The notes beneath the pieces were generated by a model. The model was not told the DNA's origin, did no database searches, and saw nothing but the letters and a program-made list of their open reading frames with translations. A stretch of 64,000 nt of DNA from a virus: positions 1 to 64,000 of IMG/VR virus record IMGVR_UViG_3300014208_000003, one strand, 5' to 3'. The translations under genes and the position numbers were made by a program. Positions 39,727 to 49,746 of this stretch are shown piece by piece (within the stretch, counting starts at the first letter, position 1; every line of letters begins with the position of its first letter).

Positions 39727-40997
39727 AAAAAATAATTATCCTGTTTCCGACTATTAGAATTCAAAAGGCTATTGAAGTACATAAAGACTGGCTGAAGAAT
39801 GCTAAGAATCCAGATTGTGTAAGAACTGTTTGGGCTTGTAATACTGAAGAACAAAAGAAAGAAATATTAGAATACGGTGATTTTGAAGTTACTGTTACCG
39901 GAAATAATATCAAAGGTGTTCCGTACAGTCTTTGGAGGTTAACAAATTCATTAGAAGCATTTCCGGATGATATTGTGATTTGTTCTGCGGATGACTTCTA
40001 TTTTCCGAAAGATTGGGATGAAATAATTCTGAAACAATATGAAAATGGTTTTGATGGATGTGTTGTTTTTAAGGATGGTATTTCTGATCTTACTAATGCC
40101 GGAATTGTTACATTACCTATTCTTTCATTCAACTGCTTACAAAAATTAAAAAGAATAATCTATCCATGTAATTATAAACATCTCTGGGCTGATAATGAAT
40201 TGTTCCTGAATCTTTCTGAAATGAACTTATTGAAAGATGTTCGGAAAGATTTGGATATAACTTTTGCACATAAACATTGGGTTGGTGGTAGTAGAAAGAA
40301 AGATGATGCGGATCTTTATGCCGAATATTGGTCTGGCCCTGATTGTGATACTTGGCAACGAAGAAGAAGATTAACACTAGAACAAAGATTCACAAGTAAT
40401 AATCTCCCCAGTGAAAAGAAATTCTCAATATTAATTCCATCGGTAACAAGAAGAAAACATCTACTGGGAAGATTGATGGATAATATTCAACAGCAGAAAT
40501 TTGATAGGAATGCCGTAGAAATAATAGTTAATACGGATGATGGTACAAAAACAATAGGACAAAAAAGAAACGAACTATTACTACAGGCTAAAGGTGAATA
40601 TGTTTGTTTTGTGGATGATGACGATGTATTACCTATTGATTCTATATCCCTTCAACTACAAGCAATGTCTATGAATAATCCGGACGTTATAGGAATGCAT
40701 CTTCTAATGATAACAGATGGAAATAAAAATTCGGAATGCAGAACTTTTCATTCACTAAAATATAGAAGCTGGTATGATGAAGCAGACCCAACTAGACCCG
40801 GTAAAAGAATGTATTTCCGCAATCCTAATCATCTTAATCCTGTAAAAAGATTATATGCTATGAGTACAATGTTTCCGGAAATTAACTCAGGAGAAGATCG
40901 AGTATATTCCGAAAACATTCTGAAATATCTTGATTCAGAAATTATGATAAACAAACCAACTTATTATTATCTTGTACGGAGCCATAAAGAATGCTAA
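39723..40997 (+). CDS. two-domain GT2 glycosyltransferase
   Basis: SADD, SILIPS, IGQKRNELL, FVDDDD and GED motifs. Confidence 0.85.
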   Translation: MKKIIILFPTIRIQKAIEVHKDWLKNAKNPDCVRTVWACNTEEQKKEILEYGDFEVTVTGNNIKGVPYSLWRLTNSLEAFPDDIVICSADDFYFPKDWDEIILKQYENGFDGCVVFKDGISDLTNAGIVTLPILSFNCLQKLKRIIYPCNYKHLWADNELFLNLSEMNLLKDVRKDLDITFAHKHWVGGSRKKDDADLYAEYWSGPDCDTWQRRRRLTLEQRFTSNNLPSEKKFSILIPSVTRRKHLLGRLMDNIQQQKFDRNAVEIIVNTDDGTKTIGQKRNELLLQAKGEYVCFVDDDDVLPIDSISLQLQAMSMNNPDVIGMHLLMITDGNKNSECRTFHSLKYRSWYDEADPTRPGKRMYFRNPNHLNPVKRLYAMSTMFPEINSGEDRVYSENILKYLDSEIMINKPTYYYLVRSHKEC

Positions 40998-41695
40998 AGA
41001 TAGTTTTAATCAATCAACCTTGTGGACTTGGTGATATATTATTTTGCCAGAAGATCGGAAAACATTATCTGGAAAAAGGTCATCGAGTAGTTTGGCCAGT
41101 CATTCCGGAATACTCTTATGTAGGTGAATATTTAAAAGATATCTATTATCCGAATGTAAGAGATAATTTTGTAGGACAGACTTTCTATTATCAGTGTAGA
41201 GCATCACAAACGAAAACAATACAAGAGAACAATAACTTTATATACGTTCCTCTTGATGGTCAGTATCGCGGTGGTTCTGTTATGACTTCCAAATACAAAG
41301 CGCATAATATGGAATGGAATGATTGGAAAGATTATCTGAATATCTTCCGGAACGAACAAAGGGAAAATAAACTATACAACGAATTAGGTTTGGAAGGAAA
41401 AGAATATATATTGGTTAATGATAAATATGGTTCTCCTCCAAACGAAAAGACAAAAATATTCGATATAAATACTGATAAACATATTGTAAGAATGTTTAAA
41501 ACGGAACATATATTTGATTGGTTTAAAGTTATTGAAAATGCTTCTGAAATATGGTCGGTGGAAACGGTTTTTAATTATTTGATAGAGATGATAAAATTCA
41601 AAGCAATACGATTAGAATTGTTTTCGAAATGGACACCATCGGATTATTCACATGTTAGAGAATTGTTTAATGTAAATTGGAATTATAACACATAA
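40991..41695 (+). CDS. putative GT-B glycosyltransferase
   Basis: GLGDILF N-terminal motif and IFDWFKVIENA. Confidence 0.6.
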   Translation: MLKIVLINQPCGLGDILFCQKIGKHYLEKGHRVVWPVIPEYSYVGEYLKDIYYPNVRDNFVGQTFYYQCRASQTKTIQENNNFIYVPLDGQYRGGSVMTSKYKAHNMEWNDWKDYLNIFRNEQRENKLYNELGLEGKEYILVNDKYGSPPNEKTKIFDINTDKHIVRMFKTEHIFDWFKVIENASEIWSVETVFNYLIEMIKFKAIRLELFSKWTPSDYSHVRELFNVNWNYNT

Positions 41696-41705
41696 GGAGT
41701 TTTTA

Positions 41706-42362
41706 ATGAAACATAATTTTACACACATCCATCAGAGTTCTTGGATCGGTAATCTTTTGAATGAATATATGCCCGATAAGGGTTTTTTTGTTGAAATAGG
41801 AATGGGTCATGTTACTACTCCCGAATCAAGACGCAACGAATTAAAAACTGTTGAAATGTATGGAACTAATACGGGAGAATTAGTAGAGTTGGGGTGGTCG
41901 GGAATTTATATAGAACCTATTCAAGAATTATGTTATGAAGCAAGCCTGTTATATAAAAATTACCTTGATAAAATAAAAATAATAAATTGTGGAGCTGGTG
42001 ATATCCACGAAGAAGCTACTATATATGGATTGGAAACACTGATACCCAATGGATGTCTAAATTATAACGATTTTGCAACAAATAAACCATATAAATATCC
42101 CGGTACAAAAGTAAAAGTAGCACCAACAAATTTTATATTAGAAGAAAATAATTGTCCTTCTCATATAGATTTTATGTCTATCGATGTCGAGGGGTATGAG
42201 GAAAAAGTTCTTAAAGGATTAGATTTTCAAAAATTTTCACCTACATTGTTAGTTGTCGAAACAAATGGAATAACACAACAAAAAGTAAGTTCTTTAATTC
42301 CTAATAATTATATGATAAAACAATCTGATAATTTAAATACAGTATGGGTTAAACAAAAATAA
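41706..42362 (+). CDS. FkbM-family methyltransferase
   Basis: FFVEIG, GWSGIYIEP and IDFMSIDVEGYE. Confidence 0.85.
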   Translation: MKHNFTHIHQSSWIGNLLNEYMPDKGFFVEIGMGHVTTPESRRNELKTVEMYGTNTGELVELGWSGIYIEPIQELCYEASLLYKNYLDKIKIINCGAGDIHEEATIYGLETLIPNGCLNYNDFATNKPYKYPGTKVKVAPTNFILEENNCPSHIDFMSIDVEGYEEKVLKGLDFQKFSPTLLVVETNGITQQKVSSLIPNNYMIKQSDNLNTVWVKQK

Positions 42363-42371
42363 GGAAACACA

Positions 42372-42983
42372 ATGAATAGAAAAGAATATTTTGCAAATGA
42401 GGAAATTAATATTCCCGATGTTAAAGATTTATCTCCTGTTAGTGCATATACATCACGCCCTATAGAGTGGTTTAAGGATACTATATTAGGTGATTTTGTT
42501 TCTCATTTATCCGAAACAAAAGATGTATTGGATGTTGGTTGTGCGTATGGTTACTATACCGTTCTTTTTACTCCATTTTGCAAAACCGTGACGGGAATTG
42601 ATTTCACTAAAAAAAGAATCGAAGCAGCACAAAATCATTGGAAAGAAGATAATATAAAATTTGTAGAGCAGGATCTTACTATACCATTTACATTAGATAA
42701 ACAATATGATGTTCTTTTTACAAGTATGGTTATACAACATATTCCGATTGTTGGTAAAATAGCAGCTTTTAAGAACCTTGCCACCGTTACTAAAAAAGAT
42801 GGTTTATTCATTATGTACGATTTTAAATTTAATAATGTTACAGATGATTTTGTCGGGCCTATAAATCCAGATTGGATTCATAATAATGTTGGTAATCTTT
42901 GGGAGTGTGAGTCTTGTGTTTCTTTTTGTAGAGAAGCTAATAATCAAGGCGAAATTTTTAAGTATGTTTTGAGAAGATTGTAA
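42372..42983 (+). CDS. class I SAM methyltransferase
   Basis: VLDVGCAYG, GIDF and VIQHI. Confidence 0.85.
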   Translation: MNRKEYFANEEINIPDVKDLSPVSAYTSRPIEWFKDTILGDFVSHLSETKDVLDVGCAYGYYTVLFTPFCKTVTGIDFTKKRIEAAQNHWKEDNIKFVEQDLTIPFTLDKQYDVLFTSMVIQHIPIVGKIAAFKNLATVTKKDGLFIMYDFKFNNVTDDFVGPINPDWIHNNVGNLWECESCVSFCREANNQGEIFKYVLRRL

Positions 42984-42985
42984 TT

Positions 42986-43582
42986 ATGGTAGAGGAAAAA
43001 ATCAACATTGTGCAGATTGGAGCTAATACGGGCGATGATGATGTTTTTTCTTTTATCATCGAACATAAAAATAACATATCAAAAATTGTATTAGTAGAAC
43101 CTATACCTTTTATTATTGAAAATTTGAAAAATAAATATAGTGATATTTCAAATGTCATTATAGAAAAATGTGCTATAACTAATACAACGGAAGAAACATT
43201 ACCATTTTTTTATGAAGATAATAGTGATAATTATCAAGTTAGTTCTTTTAATCACCAGCATGTAATTAAAAGTGTAAGATCTAATAATAAAATAGTTTCT
43301 ATGAATGTACCTGTGATGACAATAAATAAATTATTTGAAAAACATAAGATGCAACATATACATCATTTATTTATTGATACAGAAGGAAAGGATGCTGATA
43401 TAATAGAAAGTATTGATTTTGATAAATACGATATTGATAATATAACATTTGAATCCGCACATACAGATGGTAATTGGAATAAATCTGAAAGGTATAATAA
43501 TCTCGTTACGTTTTTAAAAGATAAACATTATGATGTTCAAGATATTGATCAATTAAACTCAAAGGCAATTAAAAGACTATGA
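42986..43582 (+). CDS. FkbM-family methyltransferase
   Basis: VQIGANTG, LVEP and IDTEG. Confidence 0.85.
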   Translation: MVEEKINIVQIGANTGDDDVFSFIIEHKNNISKIVLVEPIPFIIENLKNKYSDISNVIIEKCAITNTTEETLPFFYEDNSDNYQVSSFNHQHVIKSVRSNNKIVSMNVPVMTINKLFEKHKMQHIHHLFIDTEGKDADIIESIDFDKYDIDNITFESAHTDGNWNKSERYNNLVTFLKDKHYDVQDIDQLNSKAIKRL

Positions 43583-44565
43583 AAATTTTAATAACGGGTG
43601 TAGCTGGTTTACTGGGTTCAAACTATGCAAAATATTTATGTGATAAGGGTTATGATGTTATTGGTATAGATAATTTATTTGGTGGTTATATAGATTTTGT
43701 TGATGATAGAGTTAATTTATATCAACAGGATATAACCAATTTTAATATGATAGATGAAATTTTTAGAGTTCAAAAGCCCGATTGTGTTTATCATTTTGCT
43801 GCTTATGCTGCTGAAGGTTTATCGCATTATATTAGAAATTTTAATTATACAAACAATGTAGTAGGATCAATGAATATTATTAATGCTTGTATAAATCACA
43901 ATGTTAAGAAACTTATATTTACATCTTCAATGGCAGTATATGGAGAAAACGAAACACCGTTTAATGAAATGATGCAACCAAAACCAGAAGATCCTTATGG
44001 TATAGCAAAATATACTGTAGAGCAAGATTTACAGGTAGCATCAAAACATTTTGGTTTAAACTATTCTATTGTCAGACCGCATAATGTAGTTGGTATAAAT
44101 CAAAATATTTGGGACAGGTATAGAAATGTGATTGGTATATGGATCTATAGAGTGATAACAAATCAACCAATATTAGTTTATGGTGACGGATTACAGACAA
44201 GAGCATTCTCCGATATTGAATTTTACATGAAACCTCTTGAACAATTATTAACAGAAGGCGATAAAGAAATATTTAATCTTGGTTCGGATCAGTTTTATAA
44301 GTTAATAGATGTTGCTGAAATGATTAAGAAGATTGGTTCAAGAAAAGGTTATAATCCAGAAATATTATTTAAAGAACAGAGAAATGAAGTAAAGAATGCG
44401 TATTGTAATCATGATAAGGCTAAGAACATATTGAACTTTGTTGATAATACAAATCTTGAACACACCATAGAAAAGTTATTCGGTTGGGCTAAAGAACAAC
44501 CAATACGAGAAAATAAAACAATGAAATACGAAGTTACCAAAAACATTTATACGTATTGGAAATAA
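43579..44565 (+). CDS. NAD-dependent epimerase/dehydratase
   Basis: TGVAGLLG, SSMAVYG, YGIAK and GDGLQTR. Confidence 0.92.
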   Translation: MKILITGVAGLLGSNYAKYLCDKGYDVIGIDNLFGGYIDFVDDRVNLYQQDITNFNMIDEIFRVQKPDCVYHFAAYAAEGLSHYIRNFNYTNNVVGSMNIINACINHNVKKLIFTSSMAVYGENETPFNEMMQPKPEDPYGIAKYTVEQDLQVASKHFGLNYSIVRPHNVVGINQNIWDRYRNVIGIWIYRVITNQPILVYGDGLQTRAFSDIEFYMKPLEQLLTEGDKEIFNLGSDQFYKLIDVAEMIKKIGSRKGYNPEILFKEQRNEVKNAYCNHDKAKNILNFVDNTNLEHTIEKLFGWAKEQPIRENKTMKYEVTKNIYTYWK

Positions 44566-44566
44566 C

Positions 44567-45217
44567 GTGGATTTATCGAACATTGATTTGATAATTATAG
44601 AAGGTTCAGATAATCAGAGTAATGTAGAATTAGCACAAAAAACATTATTAGTATCTAGTAAACATATAAATTTTGCATCTATAAAACTGATAGCACCTAT
44701 ATCACCGATTATTCTTCATCCTTCTGTGCAGTATCAAAATATAAAAAGATTATCGTGGCAAGAATACAATTGGTTTGTTACGTTCGGTCTAAAGAATTTT
44801 GTTAGTTCTGATTTTTGTATACTAACACAAACAGATGGTTTTATTACTAATCCTAGCGCGTGGAATATTGATTTTTTGAATTATGATTATATAGGCGCTT
44901 GCTGGAGGTGGAACGATTCAAATCATTTTCCACAATCAGAAAAAAATCAAACACCATATGAAGAAAGTAATTTTGTTGGCAATGGAGGTTTTACATTACG
45001 TTCCAAAAAATTCTTAGAAGAGACAGCTAAATTACCGATGTATGAATCAGGCCCTGAAGATGGATGGCACTGTAAAATAAATTATAAACGAATGAAAGCA
45101 TCCGGAATAAAATTCGCACCACCTAATATTGCAGAACAATTTTCAACAGATCCACCAAATAATAAAAGTTTTGGTTTTCATGGCGACAAAGGAAAGATTC
45201 ATGCATATAATTTATAG
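44567..45217 (+). CDS. DUF5672-like (glycosyltransferase-like) protein
   Basis: QTDG, YDYIGA, VGNGGFTLRS, ED and FGFH. Confidence 0.75.
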   Translation: MDLSNIDLIIIEGSDNQSNVELAQKTLLVSSKHINFASIKLIAPISPIILHPSVQYQNIKRLSWQEYNWFVTFGLKNFVSSDFCILTQTDGFITNPSAWNIDFLNYDYIGACWRWNDSNHFPQSEKNQTPYEESNFVGNGGFTLRSKKFLEETAKLPMYESGPEDGWHCKINYKRMKASGIKFAPPNIAEQFSTDPPNNKSFGFHGDKGKIHAYNL

Positions 45218-45884
45218 AGCTACCAACATAGAAACCACACCAGAAACATATAGAAGTTTTCGTCCAAAATGGTTTGATAAAAGAAAATGTTTCAAATCAC
45301 TTGTGGATAATGTTTCCGAGAATGATAATGTAATAGTTTTATTTGACGGAGAACAAGGAATATTATCGGATTATATAAAAACATTTAAAAACATATCGTT
45401 TATAAATATAGATGTTCGTTCTAATGTTAAAAGTCTTTTGGCTTGTTACGATTTAATAAATACTCTTCCGGAAGATTCTGTATACTTTTTAGAGGATGAT
45501 TATTTACATACATCTAATAGTTTAAATGTTTTAAAAGAAGGTATCGAAAAATTTAAGTTGGTTACTCTTTATGATCACAATGATAGATATACTGGAAATG
45601 ATGATATTACTTCTGGAAAAGATTTTATTCAAATAACAAAATCGTGTCATTGGAGAACAGCAGAATCGACTACTTGTACATGGGCTTGTTCCAAAGACAT
45701 ATTAAAAAAAATTGTGGAAATAGCTAAACAATATAAGTTAGAAGATCGCGCATTATTCAGATATTTATATACAATGAACATTAGACTCTGGACACCTATT
45801 ATCGGAAAATCTACTCATGTTTGTGATGGATATATGTCACCTTTTACTGATTGGAAAACTATTAATGAAAGCGTTGTACTATGA
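45201..45884 (+). CDS. GT-A glycosyltransferase-like protein
   Basis: VYFLEDDYLH, TLYDH and STTCT. Start uncertain. Confidence 0.7.
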   Translation: MHIIYRATNIETTPETYRSFRPKWFDKRKCFKSLVDNVSENDNVIVLFDGEQGILSDYIKTFKNISFINIDVRSNVKSLLACYDLINTLPEDSVYFLEDDYLHTSNSLNVLKEGIEKFKLVTLYDHNDRYTGNDDITSGKDFIQITKSCHWRTAESTTCTWACSKDILKKIVEIAKQYKLEDRALFRYLYTMNIRLWTPIIGKSTHVCDGYMSPFTDWKTINESVVL

Positions 45885-46492
45885 CTTTATTAGAACTTGC
45901 TGATAAATATTTAACGGATAAAGGTTCTTATTTTTTCGATCATAAAAATCAAGTTGGTCATAATTACGCAACTTTATATGATACGTTTTTTAGTTCATTA
46001 AGAAGCGAACCTATATCTTTATTTGAAATAGGTATAGCAAAGGGTTCATCTCTTTTAATGTGGTCTGAATATTTTCCTTATGCTAAAATAATTGGATTAG
46101 ATATTGATACAACACTAATCGATAAATCCCGTCCACTTGGTGTTGAAGGTGGTGGATGGGAAGGAAGAAACAATATAACAATTAAACAAGGTAGCCAAGC
46201 AGATCCGGAATGCCTTAATAAAATAGTTTCTGAAAATGGTTTGTTTGATATTATTATTGACGACGGAAGCCACAAAACAGAACACCAATTATTTTCTTTC
46301 AAACATCTTTATAATGCAGTTAAAGAAAATGGTTACTATATAATTGAAGATATACATTGTGATAAATCCGAAGGTTCTTTTTATAATACAATTTCTAAAA
46401 ATATGCTTCAAGATACTTTCAATATAAAATTTTCGTGGTGTGGTTTGTTCTATACGAATCCTAATAGTTTAACTTGTATAATAAAGAGGTAA
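45881..46492 (+). CDS. SAM-dependent sugar O-methyltransferase-like protein
   Basis: TDKG, FEIGI, FDIIIDDGSH and YIIED. Confidence 0.8.
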   Translation: MTLLELADKYLTDKGSYFFDHKNQVGHNYATLYDTFFSSLRSEPISLFEIGIAKGSSLLMWSEYFPYAKIIGLDIDTTLIDKSRPLGVEGGGWEGRNNITIKQGSQADPECLNKIVSENGLFDIIIDDGSHKTEHQLFSFKHLYNAVKENGYYIIEDIHCDKSEGSFYNTISKNMLQDTFNIKFSWCGLFYTNPNSLTCIIKR

Positions 46493-46494
46493 TA

Positions 46495-47082
46495 ATGTAC
46501 AGCCAAAATAACGAAGAAGAAATATTATTAGCAAATCTTCCGGAGAATGGTTTCCTATTAGACTTTGGAGCATATGACGGTAAAACATTCTCAAACTCTT
46601 TACGATTAATAGAACTAGGATGGTCAGGAGTGTTAATAGAAGCTTCTCCAATCAACTTTAAATCAGTAATGGAGCTACACAAAGGAAAAACCAATCTAAC
46701 CCTTATAAATGCTCCTGTAACTGTTTCCGGAGGTCTTGTTAAATTTTATGATTCTATTGGTGATGGAATTTCTACTACGAATAAAGATCATAAAGAAAAA
46801 TGGGAAACTAATAATTCCGTACACTATCAGGAAATATATTTATCGTCAATCACTCTGGAACAAGTTTTCGGAATCCATAATAAGAATTTTGACTTTGTGA
46901 ATATTGATGTGGAAGGGGAAAATTTAGAATTATTAAAAACCTTTCCTTTCGATAAGTGTATGCCAAAAGTGATTTGTATTGAACATGATAATAATGAAAA
47001 TAAAATAATGGAAATAGTTTCTGAATATGGCTTCGGAATAATCCATAAAAATAATGAGAATATAATTTTGAAAAGGAGTTGA
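46495..47082 (+). CDS. FkbM-family methyltransferase
   Basis: MYSQNNEE, DFGAYDG...SNS, GWSGVLIE and IDVEG. Confidence 0.85.
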   Translation: MYSQNNEEEILLANLPENGFLLDFGAYDGKTFSNSLRLIELGWSGVLIEASPINFKSVMELHKGKTNLTLINAPVTVSGGLVKFYDSIGDGISTTNKDHKEKWETNNSVHYQEIYLSSITLEQVFGIHNKNFDFVNIDVEGENLELLKTFPFDKCMPKVICIEHDNNENKIMEIVSEYGFGIIHKNNENIILKRS

Positions 47083-47086
47083 TTTC

Positions 47087-47192
47087 TATAGATCCTAAAT
47101 AATTGTGTAGATAGGGACAGGAATTGCAATTCTTTCTTAGTAGCCTTGAATACTGAGATTACCTTCTACACAACTTTATTCAAGGATCTATA
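47087..47192 (+). ncRNA. structured leader RNA occluding the endonuclease RBS
   Basis: Nested stems 47087-96/47183-92 and 47103-11/47165-73 enclosing two hairpins. Loop GCCTTGAA is complementary to TTCAAGG at the RBS. Confidence 0.7.
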
Positions 47193-48014
47193 ATGGAAAA
47201 TCGAGAAAATTTAGAACAGAACGAATTTTATGTTTATGTATACCTTGACCCTAGAAAACCCGGATTATATAAATATATGAATACAGAAATATCCGGAACA
47301 TATAATTCAGAAACAATTCCGGAATTTTGCTTTGAATATTTGCCGTTTTATATCGGTAAGGGCCACGGAGATAGATTAAGATCACACTTACATCAAAATA
47401 AAACCAGTGTAAGAAAAGAAAATATTTTCAAATCTAATAAAATAAAATCAATAATGGAAGAAACTAATTCTGAACCTATTATAATAAAATATAAAGAAGG
47501 ATTGTCGGAAGTTGAAGCATATGATTTGGAAACTACTATGATTTTATCTATAGGAAGGAAATATACAAATCCAAGCGGCCCGTTAACAAATATAGCGGAT
47601 GGTGGTGCTAATCCTCCTAAGTGGAATAAAGGTAAAACGGGTGTGTATTCTCCGGAACTTATCAAACAAATTTCGGATAAACTTAAAGGTCGTAAATTTT
47701 CGGAGGAAACATTACAGAGGATGAACGAAGCAGCAAAAAGAAGACAAGAAAAATATACACACGAAGATTATAAAAGATGGAATTTAAAAAAATTAAAAAA
47801 ATATAAATTTGAAAAAGATGGAAAAATAATAATAATTGAAAATTTAAAACAATATTGTAAAGATAATAATTTATCACATACTGTTATGGTGAAAATATTT
47901 AATCGTGGTGTTTATAGAATTTCTAAAACTATAAACGGAATTATTGAAATACACGAATGCGAATCGTATAAAGGTTACATACAAATTAAAAATGAGGAAC
48001 AATATGACAGTTAA
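47193..48014 (+). CDS. GIY-YIG-like (Seg-like) homing endonuclease with NUMOD3-like repeats
   Basis: FYVYVY...FYIGKG...R, LE, GPLTN and PKWNKGKTG. Confidence 0.8.
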   Translation: MENRENLEQNEFYVYVYLDPRKPGLYKYMNTEISGTYNSETIPEFCFEYLPFYIGKGHGDRLRSHLHQNKTSVRKENIFKSNKIKSIMEETNSEPIIIKYKEGLSEVEAYDLETTMILSIGRKYTNPSGPLTNIADGGANPPKWNKGKTGVYSPELIKQISDKLKGRKFSEETLQRMNEAAKRRQEKYTHEDYKRWNLKKLKKYKFEKDGKIIIIENLKQYCKDNNLSHTVMVKIFNRGVYRISKTINGIIEIHECESYKGYIQIKNEEQYDS

Positions 48015-49008
48015 AACAAAAACAGCACTCGTAACCGGAGCGGGTGGATTTATCGGGAGTAACACGGTTAAAAGACTTAAGAAAATGGGATATTGGGTAC
48101 GAGGAGTTGATTTAAAATATCCAGAATTCGAACAAACAGAGGCAGATGATTTTATTATAATGGATTTACGAGATGATAAAAATGTTATAAGAGCATTGAC
48201 GCTTGATAATCTTAACGAGAAGTTTGAATTGACTTTCTGCTATGCCGCAGATATGGGCGGGGCGAAATATATTTTTTCTGGGGAACACGATGCTGATGTT
48301 ATGGAAAATTCTGCTCAGATAAATCTTAACTTTGCGAGACACCATGATAAAATAAATAAAATGTTGTGGAGTAGTTCGGCTTGTATATATCCTCTCGTTA
48401 ACCAAATGGATCCCAATAATCCAAGCTGTGCTGAAGATACTTGGGATAAGGGCGCTTGCGATTCCCCGTATGGTCACGAGAAGGTTTTTAGCGAACAGTT
48501 GTATCAATCATACAGAAGAAATTACGGTCTTAATGTAAAGATAGTTAGATTCCATAATGTATTCGGAACAAACGGTACTTATGAACCACTGAAATCCAAA
48601 GCACCAGCAGCGACTTGCGTAAAGGTAATAGAAGCTCCGGAAAATGGTGAGATAGAAGTGTGGGGAACTGGGGAACAAACTCGTTCATTCATAAATATTT
48701 CCGATGCGCTCGATGGTGTTTTTAAATTGTTAGACTCAGAAGATTTTCACGGCCCTGTCAATATAGGTTCCGAAGAGATGATTTCGATAAATGATTTAAC
48801 AAAGATGGTGATAGATATTTCCGGAAGAACCGATTTGACTATTAAGAATGTAGAATCAAATTGTATTGGTGTTAACGGAAGAAATTCAGAAAATACCCTT
48901 TGTAGAGAAAAACTAAAATGGGAACCTAAAATGTCTTTAAGAGAAGGTATGGAAAAATTATATGCTTGGATCTACAAAGAAATTAAAGGTGTAGAGTTTA
49001 AAAAGTAA
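48004..49008 (+). CDS. GDP-mannose 3,5-epimerase-like NAD-dependent epimerase
   Basis: TGAGGFIG, AADMGG, SSACIYP, YGHEK, KAPAA and WGTGEQTRSF. Confidence 0.88.
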   Translation: MTVKTKTALVTGAGGFIGSNTVKRLKKMGYWVRGVDLKYPEFEQTEADDFIIMDLRDDKNVIRALTLDNLNEKFELTFCYAADMGGAKYIFSGEHDADVMENSAQINLNFARHHDKINKMLWSSSACIYPLVNQMDPNNPSCAEDTWDKGACDSPYGHEKVFSEQLYQSYRRNYGLNVKIVRFHNVFGTNGTYEPLKSKAPAATCVKVIEAPENGEIEVWGTGEQTRSFINISDALDGVFKLLDSEDFHGPVNIGSEEMISINDLTKMVIDISGRTDLTIKNVESNCIGVNGRNSENTLCREKLKWEPKMSLREGMEKLYAWIYKEIKGVEFKK

Positions 49009-49532
49009 TGCAAGATCACAAATGGTTTGATTATCGTCGGCAGAAGTTCCAGATATATTGTTCCGGAATTTCTGTCGATGATTTTATTAGAGTATATTCT
49101 GTATGGCGTGAGAGATATTATAATCCAGAAAAAATAACCCGATATGCCGACATGGTTTGGAATATATCTGTCAAAACTAATGAAGAAGCAAATAAGATAA
49201 GTTCTATAGATAAAGATATTAAAGTTCTTGTTACCGATAATGAATTTCCTATGGTAGAGTTATTCAAGACCTTTCCGATATTATTTCACCAGTATATTCA
49301 TGTGTTAATGTTCAAGCCAATAGAGCCTCCTAAATACTGGAATAAAATTTTGATGGAGTTGTACCTTACTAAACAAATAAACAAATTCCTACGCTATATT
49401 AGACCTCTTCCTGTTGATTTTGTAGTGTGTACCGGAAAGCAGATTAAACAGCATCCTAGAATATTGAAAAGAGTATGGGACGGAAAGATCAAGGATATGT
49501 TTTCCGCAAATGCTTTTAAGAAGATGATTTAA
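49008..49532 (+). CDS. hypothetical protein
   Basis: 174 aa, TAATG-coupled. Confidence 0.55.
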   Translation: MQDHKWFDYRRQKFQIYCSGISVDDFIRVYSVWRERYYNPEKITRYADMVWNISVKTNEEANKISSIDKDIKVLVTDNEFPMVELFKTFPILFHQYIHVLMFKPIEPPKYWNKILMELYLTKQINKFLRYIRPLPVDFVVCTGKQIKQHPRILKRVWDGKIKDMFSANAFKKMI

Positions 49533-49650
49533 TTCTCTTGTTCCGGAAAATGTTTTGATTATATTCTATTAAAGAGGTAAGGAAAGTAAAAGGAGCATGG
49601 GAAAGAATGGTTCGAAACATTCATAAGATACCGCACCTGCCTCTCTTTCC

Positions 49651-49724
49651 GCTCCTGTAGCACAATTGGCAGATGCAGAAAACTTAAAATTTTCAAAGTA
49701 GTGGTTCGAATCCACTCAGGAGCA
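49651..49724 (+). tRNA. tRNA-Leu (TAA) with short variable loop
   Basis: Acceptor GCTCCTG/CAGGAGC, A73, GAAAA-CTTAAAA-TTTTC anticodon arm, AGTGG-TTCGAAT-CCACT. Confidence 0.88.
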
Positions 49725-49746
49725 TATTTCAAATAAAGGAACGATA

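Noticed and set aside
47083-48014. Group I intron carrying the GIY-YIG ORF
   Set aside because: Both flanking genes look complete, and the structured part is only about 105 nt with no recognisable catalytic core.
49678-49694. tRNA read as an ochre (TTA anticodon) suppressor that could read through the TAA at 54468
   Set aside because: The 5-bp stem GAAAA/TTTTC fixes the loop as CT-TAA-AA, so the anticodon is TAA (Leu). TAA is also the main stop codon here.
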